Shown here: one piece after another, positions 17,404-25,340 of the stretch
Numbering within the stretch: the first letter of the stretch is position 1
Layout of the letters: every line of letters begins with the position of its first letter
Origin: an uncultured Syntrophomonadaceae bacterium
Lineage (GTDB): Bacteria; Bacillota; Dethiobacteria; PWVN01
Reading direction: 5' to 3'
Assembly: GCA_964562355.1 (NCBI GenBank)
Contig: CAZLTH010000002.1
Coordinates: 1-34,879, forward strand
DNA length: 34,879 bases
The notes under the pieces: model-generated
The model's database searches: none
What the model saw: the letters and a program-made list of their open reading frames with translations, nothing else
What the model was told of the DNA's origin: nothing
Made by a program: the position numbers and the translations under genes

Positions 17404-18011
17404 TTATAGCTACTGGAAACCAAGGGAAAGTAAAAGAGCTAAAAAAGCTTTTGGCTCACCTGTCATTTGAAATTTTATCTTTAAAAGATTTACCAAACAT
17501 GCCCAAAATTATAGAATCCGGAACAACTTTCAAGGAAAATGCTGCTATTAAAGCAGTAGCAGTGTCCAAATATACACAGGGAATAATTATAGCAGATGAC
17601 TCAGGGCTAGAAGTTGATGCTCTAGGTGGAGAACCGGGAGTTTACTCAGCTAGGTATGCCGGTGAAGGTGCACGAGATGCGGCCAACAATGCTAAATTAC
17701 TGGAAAGCCTCCAAGGAATACCTCTTTTCCAAAGAACTGCCCACTTCTGTTGCACTATAGCTATAGTAATACCAGGGCAAGAAATGATATTAGTCGAAGG
17801 ATACTGTAATGGCTTGATTGCGAAAGAGCCCCGGGGAGATGGTGGATTCGGCTATGACCCTTTATTTGTTGCGCTAGGCTATGATAAAACCTTTGCTGAA
17901 CTACCTCTAGAAGTTAAAAATAAAATCAGTCACCGGAGCAAAGCTATGGCAAAAGCTCTTATAATTTTAGAAAAGTTGTGGTCACCAAGGGAGAAAACAA
18001 CTCCCCTTTAA
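17391..18011 (+). CDS. rdgB: Non-canonical purine NTP (dITP/XTP) pyrophosphatase, RdgB/HAM1 family
   Basis: 206 aa with [42 protein letters not shown] and ISHRSKA. The rph-rdgB pairing is conserved. Confidence 0.92.
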   Translation: MQQLIIATGNQGKVKELKKLLAHLSFEILSLKDLPNMPKIIESGTTFKENAAIKAVAVSKYTQGIIIADDSGLEVDALGGEPGVYSARYAGEGARDAANNAKLLESLQGIPLFQRTAHFCCTIAIVIPGQEMILVEGYCNGLIAKEPRGDGGFGYDPLFVALGYDKTFAELPLEVKNKISHRSKAMAKALIILEKLWSPREKTTPL

Positions 18012-18116
18012 AAATTGTTTTTGTGCCTTGACAAGCAAAAACATTATAATCTCTGCTGCCCAGCATGTCAGAAAAACCCAAAACTAAGACAATATCTGTC
18101 AAGTAATAATCAAAAG

Positions 18117-18153
18117 AAAAAGCCTCTAAACGTCGATGTTTAAAGGCTTTTTT
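18117..18153. terminator. Bidirectional rho-independent terminator shared by rph-rdgB (+) and tRNA-Trp (-)
   Basis: Stem AGCCTCTAAAC (18121-18131) / GTTTAAAGGCT (18138-18148) has one mismatch. It is flanked by an A-run on the left and a T-run (18148-18153) on the right. Confidence 0.7.
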
Positions 18154-18164
18154 AGTGTTTTATT

Positions 18165-18240
18165 TGGCAGGGGAGACAGGACTTGAACCCGCAACCAACG
18201 GTTTTGGAGACCGCTACTCTACCAATTGAGCCACTCCCCT
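18165..18240 (-). tRNA. trnW: tRNA-Trp (anticodon CCA), 76 nt with genomically encoded 3' CCA
   Basis: The reverse complement reads AGGGGAGTGGCTCAATTGGTAGAGTAGCGGTCTCCAAAACCGTTGGTTGCGGGTTCAAGTCCTGTCTCCCCTGCCA. Features: 7-bp acceptor stem AGGGGAG/CTCCCCT, anticodon loop CTCCAAA, T-loop GGTTCAAGTCC. Confidence 0.93.
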
Positions 18241-18252
18241 GTGTACAGTTAC

Positions 18253-18281
18253 ATTTTAGCCTAAACCTGTTCTTCTGTCAA
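18253..18281 (-). promoter_or_regulatory. Candidate sigma-A promoter TTGACA-N17-TAAAAT immediately upstream of tRNA-Trp
   Basis: On the minus strand the -35 is at 18276-18281 and the -10 at 18253-18258. The predicted start lies about 5-7 nt before the mature tRNA 5' end. It sits between the ogt stop (18289) and the tRNA. Confidence 0.55.
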
Positions 18282-18288
18282 CTTAAAT

Positions 18289-18816
18289 TCAGGCTAAAAA
18301 GACTTTCAACTCAGATGAATTTAAGGAAGACACCCCTTCTAAATCCAATAAGAATTTTTTCCAAAAAACTCCCGGACCAAACCTGCCCAAATCACCATTA
18401 CTTTTAATTACTCTATGGCAGGGTATAACTAGGGGAAGACGATTTTGAGCCATAGCACTTCCGGCCGCCCGGTAAGCACAAGAATTTCCGGCAGCACTTG
18501 CTAACATGGCATAAGAAACAACCACTCCGTATGGAATAAGTCTTGCTTTGAGCAAAACTTCTAGAAAGAAAGGTGACCAGCCCACAAAATCTACTGGGAA
18601 ACTAGTAAAGTCATGTTTTCCCCCACACAGATAACTCTGCAATTCGATATGAAATGAATTTAGCCAATGCGGTTCTAGTAGAAATTTTTTTTGCTGTAGT
18701 TCTAGGGGAGGATTTTCCGGCGGAAAAGAAAGATGGTACAAACCCTTTTCAGTATAAGAAAAATAAATCTCTCCCAGAGTAGTAGTAACTTTGTCCCATT
18801 GTTTTTTGATATACAT
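18289..18816 (-). CDS. ogt: Methylated-DNA--protein-cysteine methyltransferase (O6-alkylguanine-DNA alkyltransferase)
   Basis: 175 aa with the active-site PCHRV (LVIPCHRVIKSNGDLGRFG) preceded by a helix-turn-helix region. Confidence 0.88.
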   Translation of the reverse strand: MYIKKQWDKVTTTLGEIYFSYTEKGLYHLSFPPENPPLELQQKKFLLEPHWLNSFHIELQSYLCGGKHDFTSFPVDFVGWSPFFLEVLLKARLIPYGVVVSYAMLASAAGNSCAYRAAGSAMAQNRLPLVIPCHRVIKSNGDLGRFGPGVFWKKFLLDLEGVSSLNSSELKVFLA

Positions 18817-18857
18817 TTCTATCTCCTTGAAAAAAGAACTTTTAGTCTTTGTTTAAA

Positions 18858-19928
18858 TTATCTTTCTAGCATTTTTTTTGCTTTTACCATCCTGCTCCGT
18901 ATGCGCTTAAATAAGGGTAGACCTTTAGTCCATAAAAAATAATGTGCCGGGTTAAAAACTAAATCATATTCACCAGTAAACTCAAGAAAGTCAGGATTAA
19001 ATCCTTTCTTGAATTTATATAAGCCATATAAAGGGTTGTCAGGGTTAAGATCTCCAGACACCCCACCAAAATCATAAAATCTGCATTTTTCGTTGCTAGC
19101 CCATTGAATCATTTCCCATTGCAGAGCATAATTTGGCATCAGATTACGATATTCATTGCTGGAAGCACCATAAATATACCAAACCTTTTGAGCAAAGATA
19201 AAGCTAATCCCTCCTGCAATTAATTTATCGTGGCAATAAGCCAAAAAAAGTTTAGCGTAGCCTTTTTTTACAAATATATCCCAAATATCAGAAAAATAGC
19301 TGTAAGAGCGCACCATAAACTTATCTCTCTTAGCAGTTACCAGTAAGATATTATAAAAATCCTCTAATTCCTTTTTTGATGTTGCTATTTTGATAGATAC
19401 TCCCTTTTTAGTGGCTAATCTAATATTATAACGAGTTTTTTTATGCATATTTTGCAAAATATCTTCCTTCTTATTACTCAGTGAAAGGCGAAAGGCAAAG
19501 CGTGGTTGTACCCCTGCAAAGTCCTCTCCTACGTTAACTTTATTAAATCCTTTTTGCTGCAAATATTTTAGAAAAGCAGTACTGTCAATAGTCATGTCCG
19601 GATCAATTTTCCAGAAAACAGCTTTTTCTTTCACAGCCAATTTTTTTACTTCTGCAATCAAGAAATCAAAAACACTTTTATCATTATAATCAAGAATAGG
19701 TCCTCTTGGAGAATAATAAATAAATTTATTAATCAAAGGTATTTTTCTTTTCAATAACAAAAAAGCTGCTTTTATTTCTTTGTTATCTTCAACAACGAAA
19801 CGAACTGCTTCCCAGTCAGCTTTAACCTCTCCCCATTCATAAGATTGTAAAAAATGCCCCCCCTCTGCTTGTTGCACAAAAGCATTATATAGTTCTTTCT
19901 CTTTTTCAAATATAAAGCGTAATTTCAT
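18858..19928 (-). CDS. FemAB/FemX-family aminoacyl-tRNA-dependent peptidoglycan peptide-bridge transferase
   Basis: 356 aa. FLQSYEWGEVKADWE, YSPRGPILDY, RYNIRLATKKGV and WYIYGASS...ALQWEMIQWA...YDFGG match my memory of Weissella FemX-type sequences. Confidence 0.8.
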   Translation of the reverse strand: MKLRFIFEKEKELYNAFVQQAEGGHFLQSYEWGEVKADWEAVRFVVEDNKEIKAAFLLLKRKIPLINKFIYYSPRGPILDYNDKSVFDFLIAEVKKLAVKEKAVFWKIDPDMTIDSTAFLKYLQQKGFNKVNVGEDFAGVQPRFAFRLSLSNKKEDILQNMHKKTRYNIRLATKKGVSIKIATSKKELEDFYNILLVTAKRDKFMVRSYSYFSDIWDIFVKKGYAKLFLAYCHDKLIAGGISFIFAQKVWYIYGASSNEYRNLMPNYALQWEMIQWASNEKCRFYDFGGVSGDLNPDNPLYGLYKFKKGFNPDFLEFTGEYDLVFNPAHYFLWTKGLPLFKRIRSRMVKAKKMLER

Positions 19929-19985
19929 AAAAAAAACCTTCCATAAAAATATTTAGAATTCAAAGCAATAGCAAACAAAATCTAC

Positions 19986-20014
19986 TTGCCGAAAAAACTT
20001 TAAGGGATTATAAT
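19986..20014 (+). promoter_or_regulatory. Candidate sigma-A promoter TTGCCG-N17-TATAAT upstream of yuiD-like gene
   Basis: -35 at 19986-19991 and a consensus -10 at 20009-20014, about 65 nt before the TTG start at 20081. Confidence 0.5.
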
Positions 20015-20080
20015 ATATACTCAGAAATCGTTGCAAACAAACTAAAGGATCAATTAAGGCTAAAAAGGAGACTGATATAT

Positions 20081-20500
20081 TTGGGGGAATTTCATCTTTT
20101 AACTAAAGTTTTTCTTACATGGGTATCTACTGCACTCCTAAAGACAATTTTTTTCTGGTTCACTGAAAAAGAAATAAATATTTCCCGCTTCTATAGTTCG
20201 GGAGGTATGCCCTCTGTTCACAGCGCTGTCGTTTCTGCGTTAACTTTTTCTGTTGGATTTCAAGAAGGGTTTTCTTCAACATTTTTTGCGGTAACATTGG
20301 TGTTTTCCTTAATTGTAATTTACGATGCTACCAATATACGCTATGCAGCAGGTAAGCAGGCTGAAATACTAAATAAAATCATAAGCGATTTTTACAGAAC
20401 CCATACTCTAGAAGAAGAAAAGCTTAAAGAGCTTTTGGGACATACTCCAAAAGAAGTTTTTGTCGGCATAATGATAGGATTGATGTTTGCACTGATTTAA
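20081..20500 (+). CDS. yuiD: Divergent PAP2-family membrane protein (YuiD/DUF212, acid phosphatase/vanadium-haloperoxidase-related)
   Basis: 139 aa with SGGMPSVHSA, IYDATNIRYAAGKQA and LGHTPKEVFVG. TTG start follows the AAAGGAG RBS. Confidence 0.8.
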   Translation: MGEFHLLTKVFLTWVSTALLKTIFFWFTEKEINISRFYSSGGMPSVHSAVVSALTFSVGFQEGFSSTFFAVTLVFSLIVIYDATNIRYAAGKQAEILNKIISDFYRTHTLEEEKLKELLGHTPKEVFVGIMIGLMFALI

Positions 20501-20510
20501 GCTTACAGGT

Positions 20511-21377
20511 CTATGCCTGTTTGGCAAAGTTGGCAAAAGACTTTTTTAATCTGATAGACACAGGTCCTGGCTTGCCGTCATATATTTTCCGATCATTTAT
20601 CTGTGTTACTGGGACTATATCTCGGCTGGAACTGGTTATAAAAACTTCATCAGCACTAAACAGATTTTCCTTAGTAATAAATTCAAATTTAACAGAAATT
20701 CCCTCTTGCTGAGCCAACTCTACTACAATATCCCGGGTTATACCTGGCAGTATCCAAGATCCTTGTGGTGTTGTAAAAAGTTCACCGTTAAAAACAGCAA
20801 AAAAACTGTGGCTGGCTGCTTCTATAATTTTGTTGTCTTTGTAAAAAACAGCTTCAAAAGCATTTTCTTGTATAGCTTTTTCCTTGGCCAGTATATTGGC
20901 AAGTAGATTAATAGACTTAATATCGCAACGTCCCCACCTTTCATCAGGAACCAGTATAACTTTAACTCCGGTACTCATAATAAAAGCATCCTCTTTCTGC
21001 AGAGATCGTACTATCATGAAAAAATTTGCCTTAATTTTTTCGGGAAAATTGTGAATTCTGGGAGCTGCCCCACGGGTAAGCTGGATATAGATCCCAGCAT
21101 CAGCAAAACCAGTTTCTTTGGAAAAACCGCTTTTTACCAATAACTCTATCACTAAAGCTGTAATCTCTGCTGGGGTGTAAGGAATTTCTAATTGTATTGC
21201 TGCAGCACCGTTAGCTAAACGCTTTAAGTGCCTATCAATCTGAAAAACTTTACCGAAATAACAACGAACATACTCATAAATACCGTCACCAAACAGTAGT
21301 CCTCTGTCCTCTATATTGATAGTAGCTAGATCTGCGGAAGTAAATTCCCCATTTATAAAAGTGTTGATAACATCCAT
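20511..21377 (-). CDS. dat: D-amino-acid (D-alanine) aminotransferase, PLP fold-type IV
   Basis: 288 aa with EDRGLLFGDGIYEY. The catalytic-Lys context WGRCDIKSINLLANILAKEKA closely resembles Bacillus Dat (RCDIKSLNLLGAVLAK). Confidence 0.8.
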   Translation of the reverse strand: MDVINTFINGEFTSADLATINIEDRGLLFGDGIYEYVRCYFGKVFQIDRHLKRLANGAAAIQLEIPYTPAEITALVIELLVKSGFSKETGFADAGIYIQLTRGAAPRIHNFPEKIKANFFMIVRSLQKEDAFIMSTGVKVILVPDERWGRCDIKSINLLANILAKEKAIQENAFEAVFYKDNKIIEAASHSFFAVFNGELFTTPQGSWILPGITRDIVVELAQQEGISVKFEFITKENLFSADEVFITSSSRDIVPVTQINDRKIYDGKPGPVSIRLKKSFANFAKQA

Positions 21378-21522
21378 TTATTGATCTCCTCTCTATTCTT
21401 AGATACTACCTAGAATTGTTCTCTTTTTTTCTTTTATATCCTGCTTGCAGTCATTTTTTATTTGGTATCCCTAGCTTTAACCTTTTTAATTCTTTAGATC
21501 TTTCAAATAGGAGTTTATGTAG

Positions 21523-22632
21523 ATGAGTAAAGAAAAAAATATTATAGAATTCTGTCGTTCTGTAGGCTGTGATTTAATTGGATTTGCCAGTGCAGAGCAG
21601 TTTTTGGACGAAAAGAAGATGCTACAAAAAAGAGAAGAGAAAAACAATCAGTCTCCTTATGAGGAAGAAAATCTTTTACTAAGGATCGACCCTTCCTTAC
21701 AACTAACTGACGTTAAAACCATTATATCCTTGGGCTTCAATTATGATACAGGGTTTAAGCCTGATAAGCCTATAGATACCCCCAGAGGAAGATTATCTAG
21801 GTTTGCTCTTGTTAAGGATTATCATATTGTAATTAGCAGTAAGCTGAAAAAAATTTGCCAGCTTATTGCTGATAAAATTCCCGGTGTAAAGTATAAATAT
21901 TTTGTTGATACTGGACCATTGCTGGAACGAGCTATCGCCTACAGGGCTGGACTGGGTTTTTTTGGTCACAATAACTGTTTTACCAACTTAAATAAAGGCT
22001 CTTACTTCTTTTTAGGAGAAATTCTCTTAAATATCAAGTTGTTTCCCTCCTCCCGAGACAAACAAGAAAAATGCCTAGAATGTAACAGGTGTTTAGCGGC
22101 TTGTCCTTCCGGAGCTTTAATTGCTCCGTACTCATTAGATTATAAAGTTTGTCTATCGTATATTTCACAAAGCAAGGACATCATACCAGTAAATAGTCGT
22201 TCTTTGCTGGCAGACCAGCTATACGGCTGTGATATTTGCCAGGAAGTTTGTCCCTTTAACTCAAAAGAAGCTTTACCTGTTAACAAAGAGTTCCTCTTTT
22301 CAGCCTGCCAACCCTATCCCGAGTTATTACCACTACTACAGATGAGTAGTAAAAATTTCAAAAAGGAATTTCAGGATACCTCCTTTTTTTGGCGAGGCAG
22401 AACAACCTTACAACGTAACGCTATTATTATACTGGGGAATTTAAAATCAGAAGAGGGCATCCCTTATTTGAAACGAGCGATGCAAGATCCACGTCCTGAA
22501 ATAAGAGCCTATGCTGCTTGGTCATTGGCCGAAACAGCAGGCGACAAATCTCATCACACTTTATTAAAGAGCTTAAAAAAAGAAAATAATGATTTTGTCA
22601 GAAGTGAAATCACCCAGCTACTTAAAAATTAA
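21523..22632 (+). CDS. queG: Epoxyqueuosine reductase (tRNA queuosine biosynthesis), B12/4Fe-4S with C-terminal HEAT repeats
   Basis: 369 aa with DTGPLLERAIAYRAGLGFFGHNN and ferredoxin motifs CLECNRCLAACP and CDICQEVCP. The C-terminal DPRPEIRAYAAWSL is a HEAT-like repeat. Confidence 0.88.
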   Translation: MSKEKNIIEFCRSVGCDLIGFASAEQFLDEKKMLQKREEKNNQSPYEEENLLLRIDPSLQLTDVKTIISLGFNYDTGFKPDKPIDTPRGRLSRFALVKDYHIVISSKLKKICQLIADKIPGVKYKYFVDTGPLLERAIAYRAGLGFFGHNNCFTNLNKGSYFFLGEILLNIKLFPSSRDKQEKCLECNRCLAACPSGALIAPYSLDYKVCLSYISQSKDIIPVNSRSLLADQLYGCDICQEVCPFNSKEALPVNKEFLFSACQPYPELLPLLQMSSKNFKKEFQDTSFFWRGRTTLQRNAIIILGNLKSEEGIPYLKRAMQDPRPEIRAYAAWSLAETAGDKSHHTLLKSLKKENNDFVRSEITQLLKN

Positions 22633-22768
22633 TTCAATAATTATATAGAATGGAATAATACTCTTGAAAGTTTCTTGAACTGGCAGCTATACAAATAAGA
22701 ACTTTTATATTAAAATATAGCTTGTATGAGTTAATACCCTAAATTTATAAAAGAAGGAGTAAATTTGT

Positions 22769-23824
22769 ATGAAGTATAAGATTGCAACTATACCCGGCGA
22801 TGGAACAGGTCCTGAAGTTACGACCGAAGCTATCAAAGTTTTGAAGGCGGTAAGTGAAAAAAACAATTTTGAACTAGAATTCCATCCTTACGACTTAGGC
22901 GGTGAAAGATATCTTCGTACTGGCGAAATACTACCTCCTAGAGTTGTAGAAGAATTAAAAGGATTTCATGCTATTTTATTAGGAGCAATCGGGCATCCCG
23001 ATGTTAAGCCCGGCGTCCTAGAAAAAGGAATCTTATTGAAACTTCGTTTCGAACTGGATCAGTATATCAATTTAAGACCAATAAAGCTTAATTCGGCTAA
23101 GTTTTCACCTATCAAGGATAAAACTCCTGCTGATATAGATTTTGTTGTCGTGCGAGAAAACTCAGAAGGCTTATACGCTGGTGCTGGAGGAACATTGAAA
23201 AAAAATACACCGGATGAAATTGCTATTCAAGAATCTATTAATACTAGAAAAGGTGTTGACAGATGTCTACGATATGCCTATGAGTATTGCCAGAAAAGGA
23301 ATAAAAATAATAAATTAACCCTATGCGGTAAGACAAATGTTCTCACCTTCGCTTTTGATTTATGGGAAAGGGCTTTTAACGAAATCGGTGAAAAGGAATA
23401 CGCAACTATAAAAAGAGATTATGCTCATGTTGATGCTATTACTATGTGGTTGATTACCAATCCAGATTGGTTTGATGTGATTGTCACAGATAATATGTTT
23501 GGAGATATTATTACTGACTTAGGAGCCGTATTACAGGGCGGCATAGGCATAGCAGCCGGAGGAAATATCAACCCTGAGGGAGTGTCAATGTTTGAACCGA
23601 TTGGTGGTTCTGCACCAAAATACACCGGACAAAATGTTATAAATCCGCTGGCAGCCATAAATGCTGGGGCAATGCTTTTAGAGGCAATAGGAGAAAATAA
23701 AGCAGCCTCACAAATAGAGGAAGCTGTGATCGTTGTGTGTGAAAAACACTTGAAAAGTTTTGCTGCTGGGAAAATGGGATATAAAACTAATGAAGTTGGA
23801 GACCTAGTAGTAAAATACCTGTAA
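22769..23824 (+). CDS. Isocitrate/isopropylmalate dehydrogenase-family beta-decarboxylating dehydrogenase (tartrate/D-malate dehydrogenase-like or archaeal-type LeuB)
   Basis: 351 aa with YKIATIPGDGTGPEV, VVRENSEGLYAGAGG (not the bacterial LeuB VRELTGGIYFG), DNMFGDIITDL and GSAPKYTGQNVINP. No other leu genes are nearby. Confidence 0.75.
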   Translation: MKYKIATIPGDGTGPEVTTEAIKVLKAVSEKNNFELEFHPYDLGGERYLRTGEILPPRVVEELKGFHAILLGAIGHPDVKPGVLEKGILLKLRFELDQYINLRPIKLNSAKFSPIKDKTPADIDFVVVRENSEGLYAGAGGTLKKNTPDEIAIQESINTRKGVDRCLRYAYEYCQKRNKNNKLTLCGKTNVLTFAFDLWERAFNEIGEKEYATIKRDYAHVDAITMWLITNPDWFDVIVTDNMFGDIITDLGAVLQGGIGIAAGGNINPEGVSMFEPIGGSAPKYTGQNVINPLAAINAGAMLLEAIGENKAASQIEEAVIVVCEKHLKSFAAGKMGYKTNEVGDLVVKYL

Positions 23825-23854
23825 AGATAAGCGGCCGTAAGGCCGCTTATCTTT
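23823..23854. terminator. Bidirectional stem-loop terminator between convergent genes
   Basis: AGATAAGCGGCC (23825-23836) / GGCCGCTTATCT (23841-23852) is perfect, with a GTAA loop and short T-tracts on both strands. Confidence 0.7.
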
Positions 23855-23856
23855 AG

Positions 23857-25314
23857 TTAAGAGTTCCTTATCTGCTCATATTTTTTTTCAATCAAAGCAT
23901 AAGCTTCTTTTTTTGTTTTTATTTTTCCATTAATTTGAGCAGTAAACAGTTCTTCTATTATTACTCCTAAATTTCTGGAAAGCGGCAAGTTTAAATAACA
24001 AATTATTTCGTCAAAAGTTAATATCTCAGGCAAAGACTCTTTCCCCTGAAAACCGTAAAAAAACTCTTCCAGAACAAGATTAACAAAACATATATATTTT
24101 TTTACCTCGGCAGCACTATTGGTAGCTCTGAAGTTTGCCAAACCTAAAAGCATTAATTCTACCATAATATCTTTAAACATGGAAAAAAAACGATACATAG
24201 TGCCTGAGAGTATGGACTTTTGTTGGAAAATATAAAGAGGGTGCATGTGATTTTTTACCAGTAACAATAAAATGTTTTCTTCTTCTTTGTTAAGCATGAG
24301 ATAATTTAATAGGTTGCTGATATGCTTTATGGCTGCAAATTCATGATTAAAAGTAGGATAAGGTCTATATACAACACTACCGGTAATATCTATTTTGCCG
24401 ATATCATGATATAGTGCGGCAAATTTTAGAAGTTGTAGAACTGTTCTATTTCCACAAGTACTGGCATATATTTTTTCTTTGATAAGAGACGAGATATGAG
24501 CTGGAAAAGGCATTTCATCAAGTGATATTTCTAAAAACTTTACAGTTTTAACCCCATGTGAGTACAAATCATCAACACTGCCAAAATCATATTTTATATT
24601 GCGCATTCTTTTCGTTTTAGGAAATAAAAAAGATAAACAATTAAGTTCACTTTCTAGGAAATTCAAACTTTTATGCGCAGTTTCCATAGCTAGAATCTGC
24701 CATAATTCTAGAAAAGTCTTACCACGCAAACTTTTGCTAATATGTTTACTATTATCTTTAAGTAAACTGAGAGTTCCCGGGGCTGTTTGTAGGTTAAAAC
24801 GATTTAGAAATCTGGCAGCCCTGATGACTCTTACCGGATCATTATACAAACTCTTCTTGTCAGGCAAACGTAAAATATTTTTTTCTAAATCTTCTTTACC
24901 CCCACAAGGATCAATAATATAATCCAAACTATTTTCTTGCGTTAAATAATCTTCCAGTGGTAGAGCCATAGCATTAATCGTAAAATCTCTTTTAAAAAGA
25001 TCTTCTTCAATTTGTTGTCCTTTAATGACGGAAAAATCGAAATGAATCGGTTTATTGTTAAACAAAAAAGTGACCCGGGAATACTCGCTTGCTCGCTCCA
25101 GTATAGTGTGCTCTCCATACAGATGAGAAGCAACTTTTCTGGCAAAATATAAAGCATCATCTGTGATCACAAAATCAATGTCATCGGGGTCCTGTCCCAG
25201 TAATAAATCACGCACAAATCCACCTACAATATATAACTTGGAGTTTTGATTTTTAGACATCTTTAAAAGAAGCTGCAAAACATCTTTTAGCAACATCTTC
25301 ATTCTCGCCTGCAT
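23857..25314 (-). CDS. cca: Class II Pol-beta nucleotidyltransferase (CCA-adding / poly(A) polymerase family) fused to an HD phosphohydrolase domain
   Basis: IVGGFVRDLLLGQDPDDIDFVI, KRDFTINAMA and NDPVRVIRAARF, then LYHDIGK (HD). ATG 25314 follows AGGAGG. The track start GTG 25341 overlaps the trkH stop. Confidence 0.75.
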   Translation of the reverse strand: MQARMKMLLKDVLQLLLKMSKNQNSKLYIVGGFVRDLLLGQDPDDIDFVITDDALYFARKVASHLYGEHTILERASEYSRVTFLFNNKPIHFDFSVIKGQQIEEDLFKRDFTINAMALPLEDYLTQENSLDYIIDPCGGKEDLEKNILRLPDKKSLYNDPVRVIRAARFLNRFNLQTAPGTLSLLKDNSKHISKSLRGKTFLELWQILAMETAHKSLNFLESELNCLSFLFPKTKRMRNIKYDFGSVDDLYSHGVKTVKFLEISLDEMPFPAHISSLIKEKIYASTCGNRTVLQLLKFAALYHDIGKIDITGSVVYRPYPTFNHEFAAIKHISNLLNYLMLNKEEENILLLLVKNHMHPLYIFQQKSILSGTMYRFFSMFKDIMVELMLLGLANFRATNSAAEVKKYICFVNLVLEEFFYGFQGKESLPEILTFDEIICYLNLPLSRNLGVIIEELFTAQINGKIKTKKEAYALIEKKYEQIRNS

Positions 25315-25340
25315 CTTACCTCCTGCTTTTCTCATGCTCA

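Noticed and set aside
18028-18153. Consensus TTGACA (18028-18033) and TATAAT (18045-18050) followed by a terminator. This could define a small RNA of about 95 nt between rdgB and tRNA-Trp, and contains a 13-codon ORF at 18065.
   Set aside because: The hexamers are only 11 nt apart, incompatible with sigma-70-type spacing of 16-18 nt. No TG-extended -10 is present, and the mini-ORF has no RBS. More likely this is just the rdgB 3' UTR. Only RNA-seq could revive it.
22681-22697. TGGCAG that resembles a sigma-54 -24 element upstream of the dehydrogenase-family gene
   Set aside because: The position 5 nt downstream reads CAAAT, not TTGCA/T, so there is no -12 element. A sigma-A-like TTGAAA-N18-TATACA fits the same region better.
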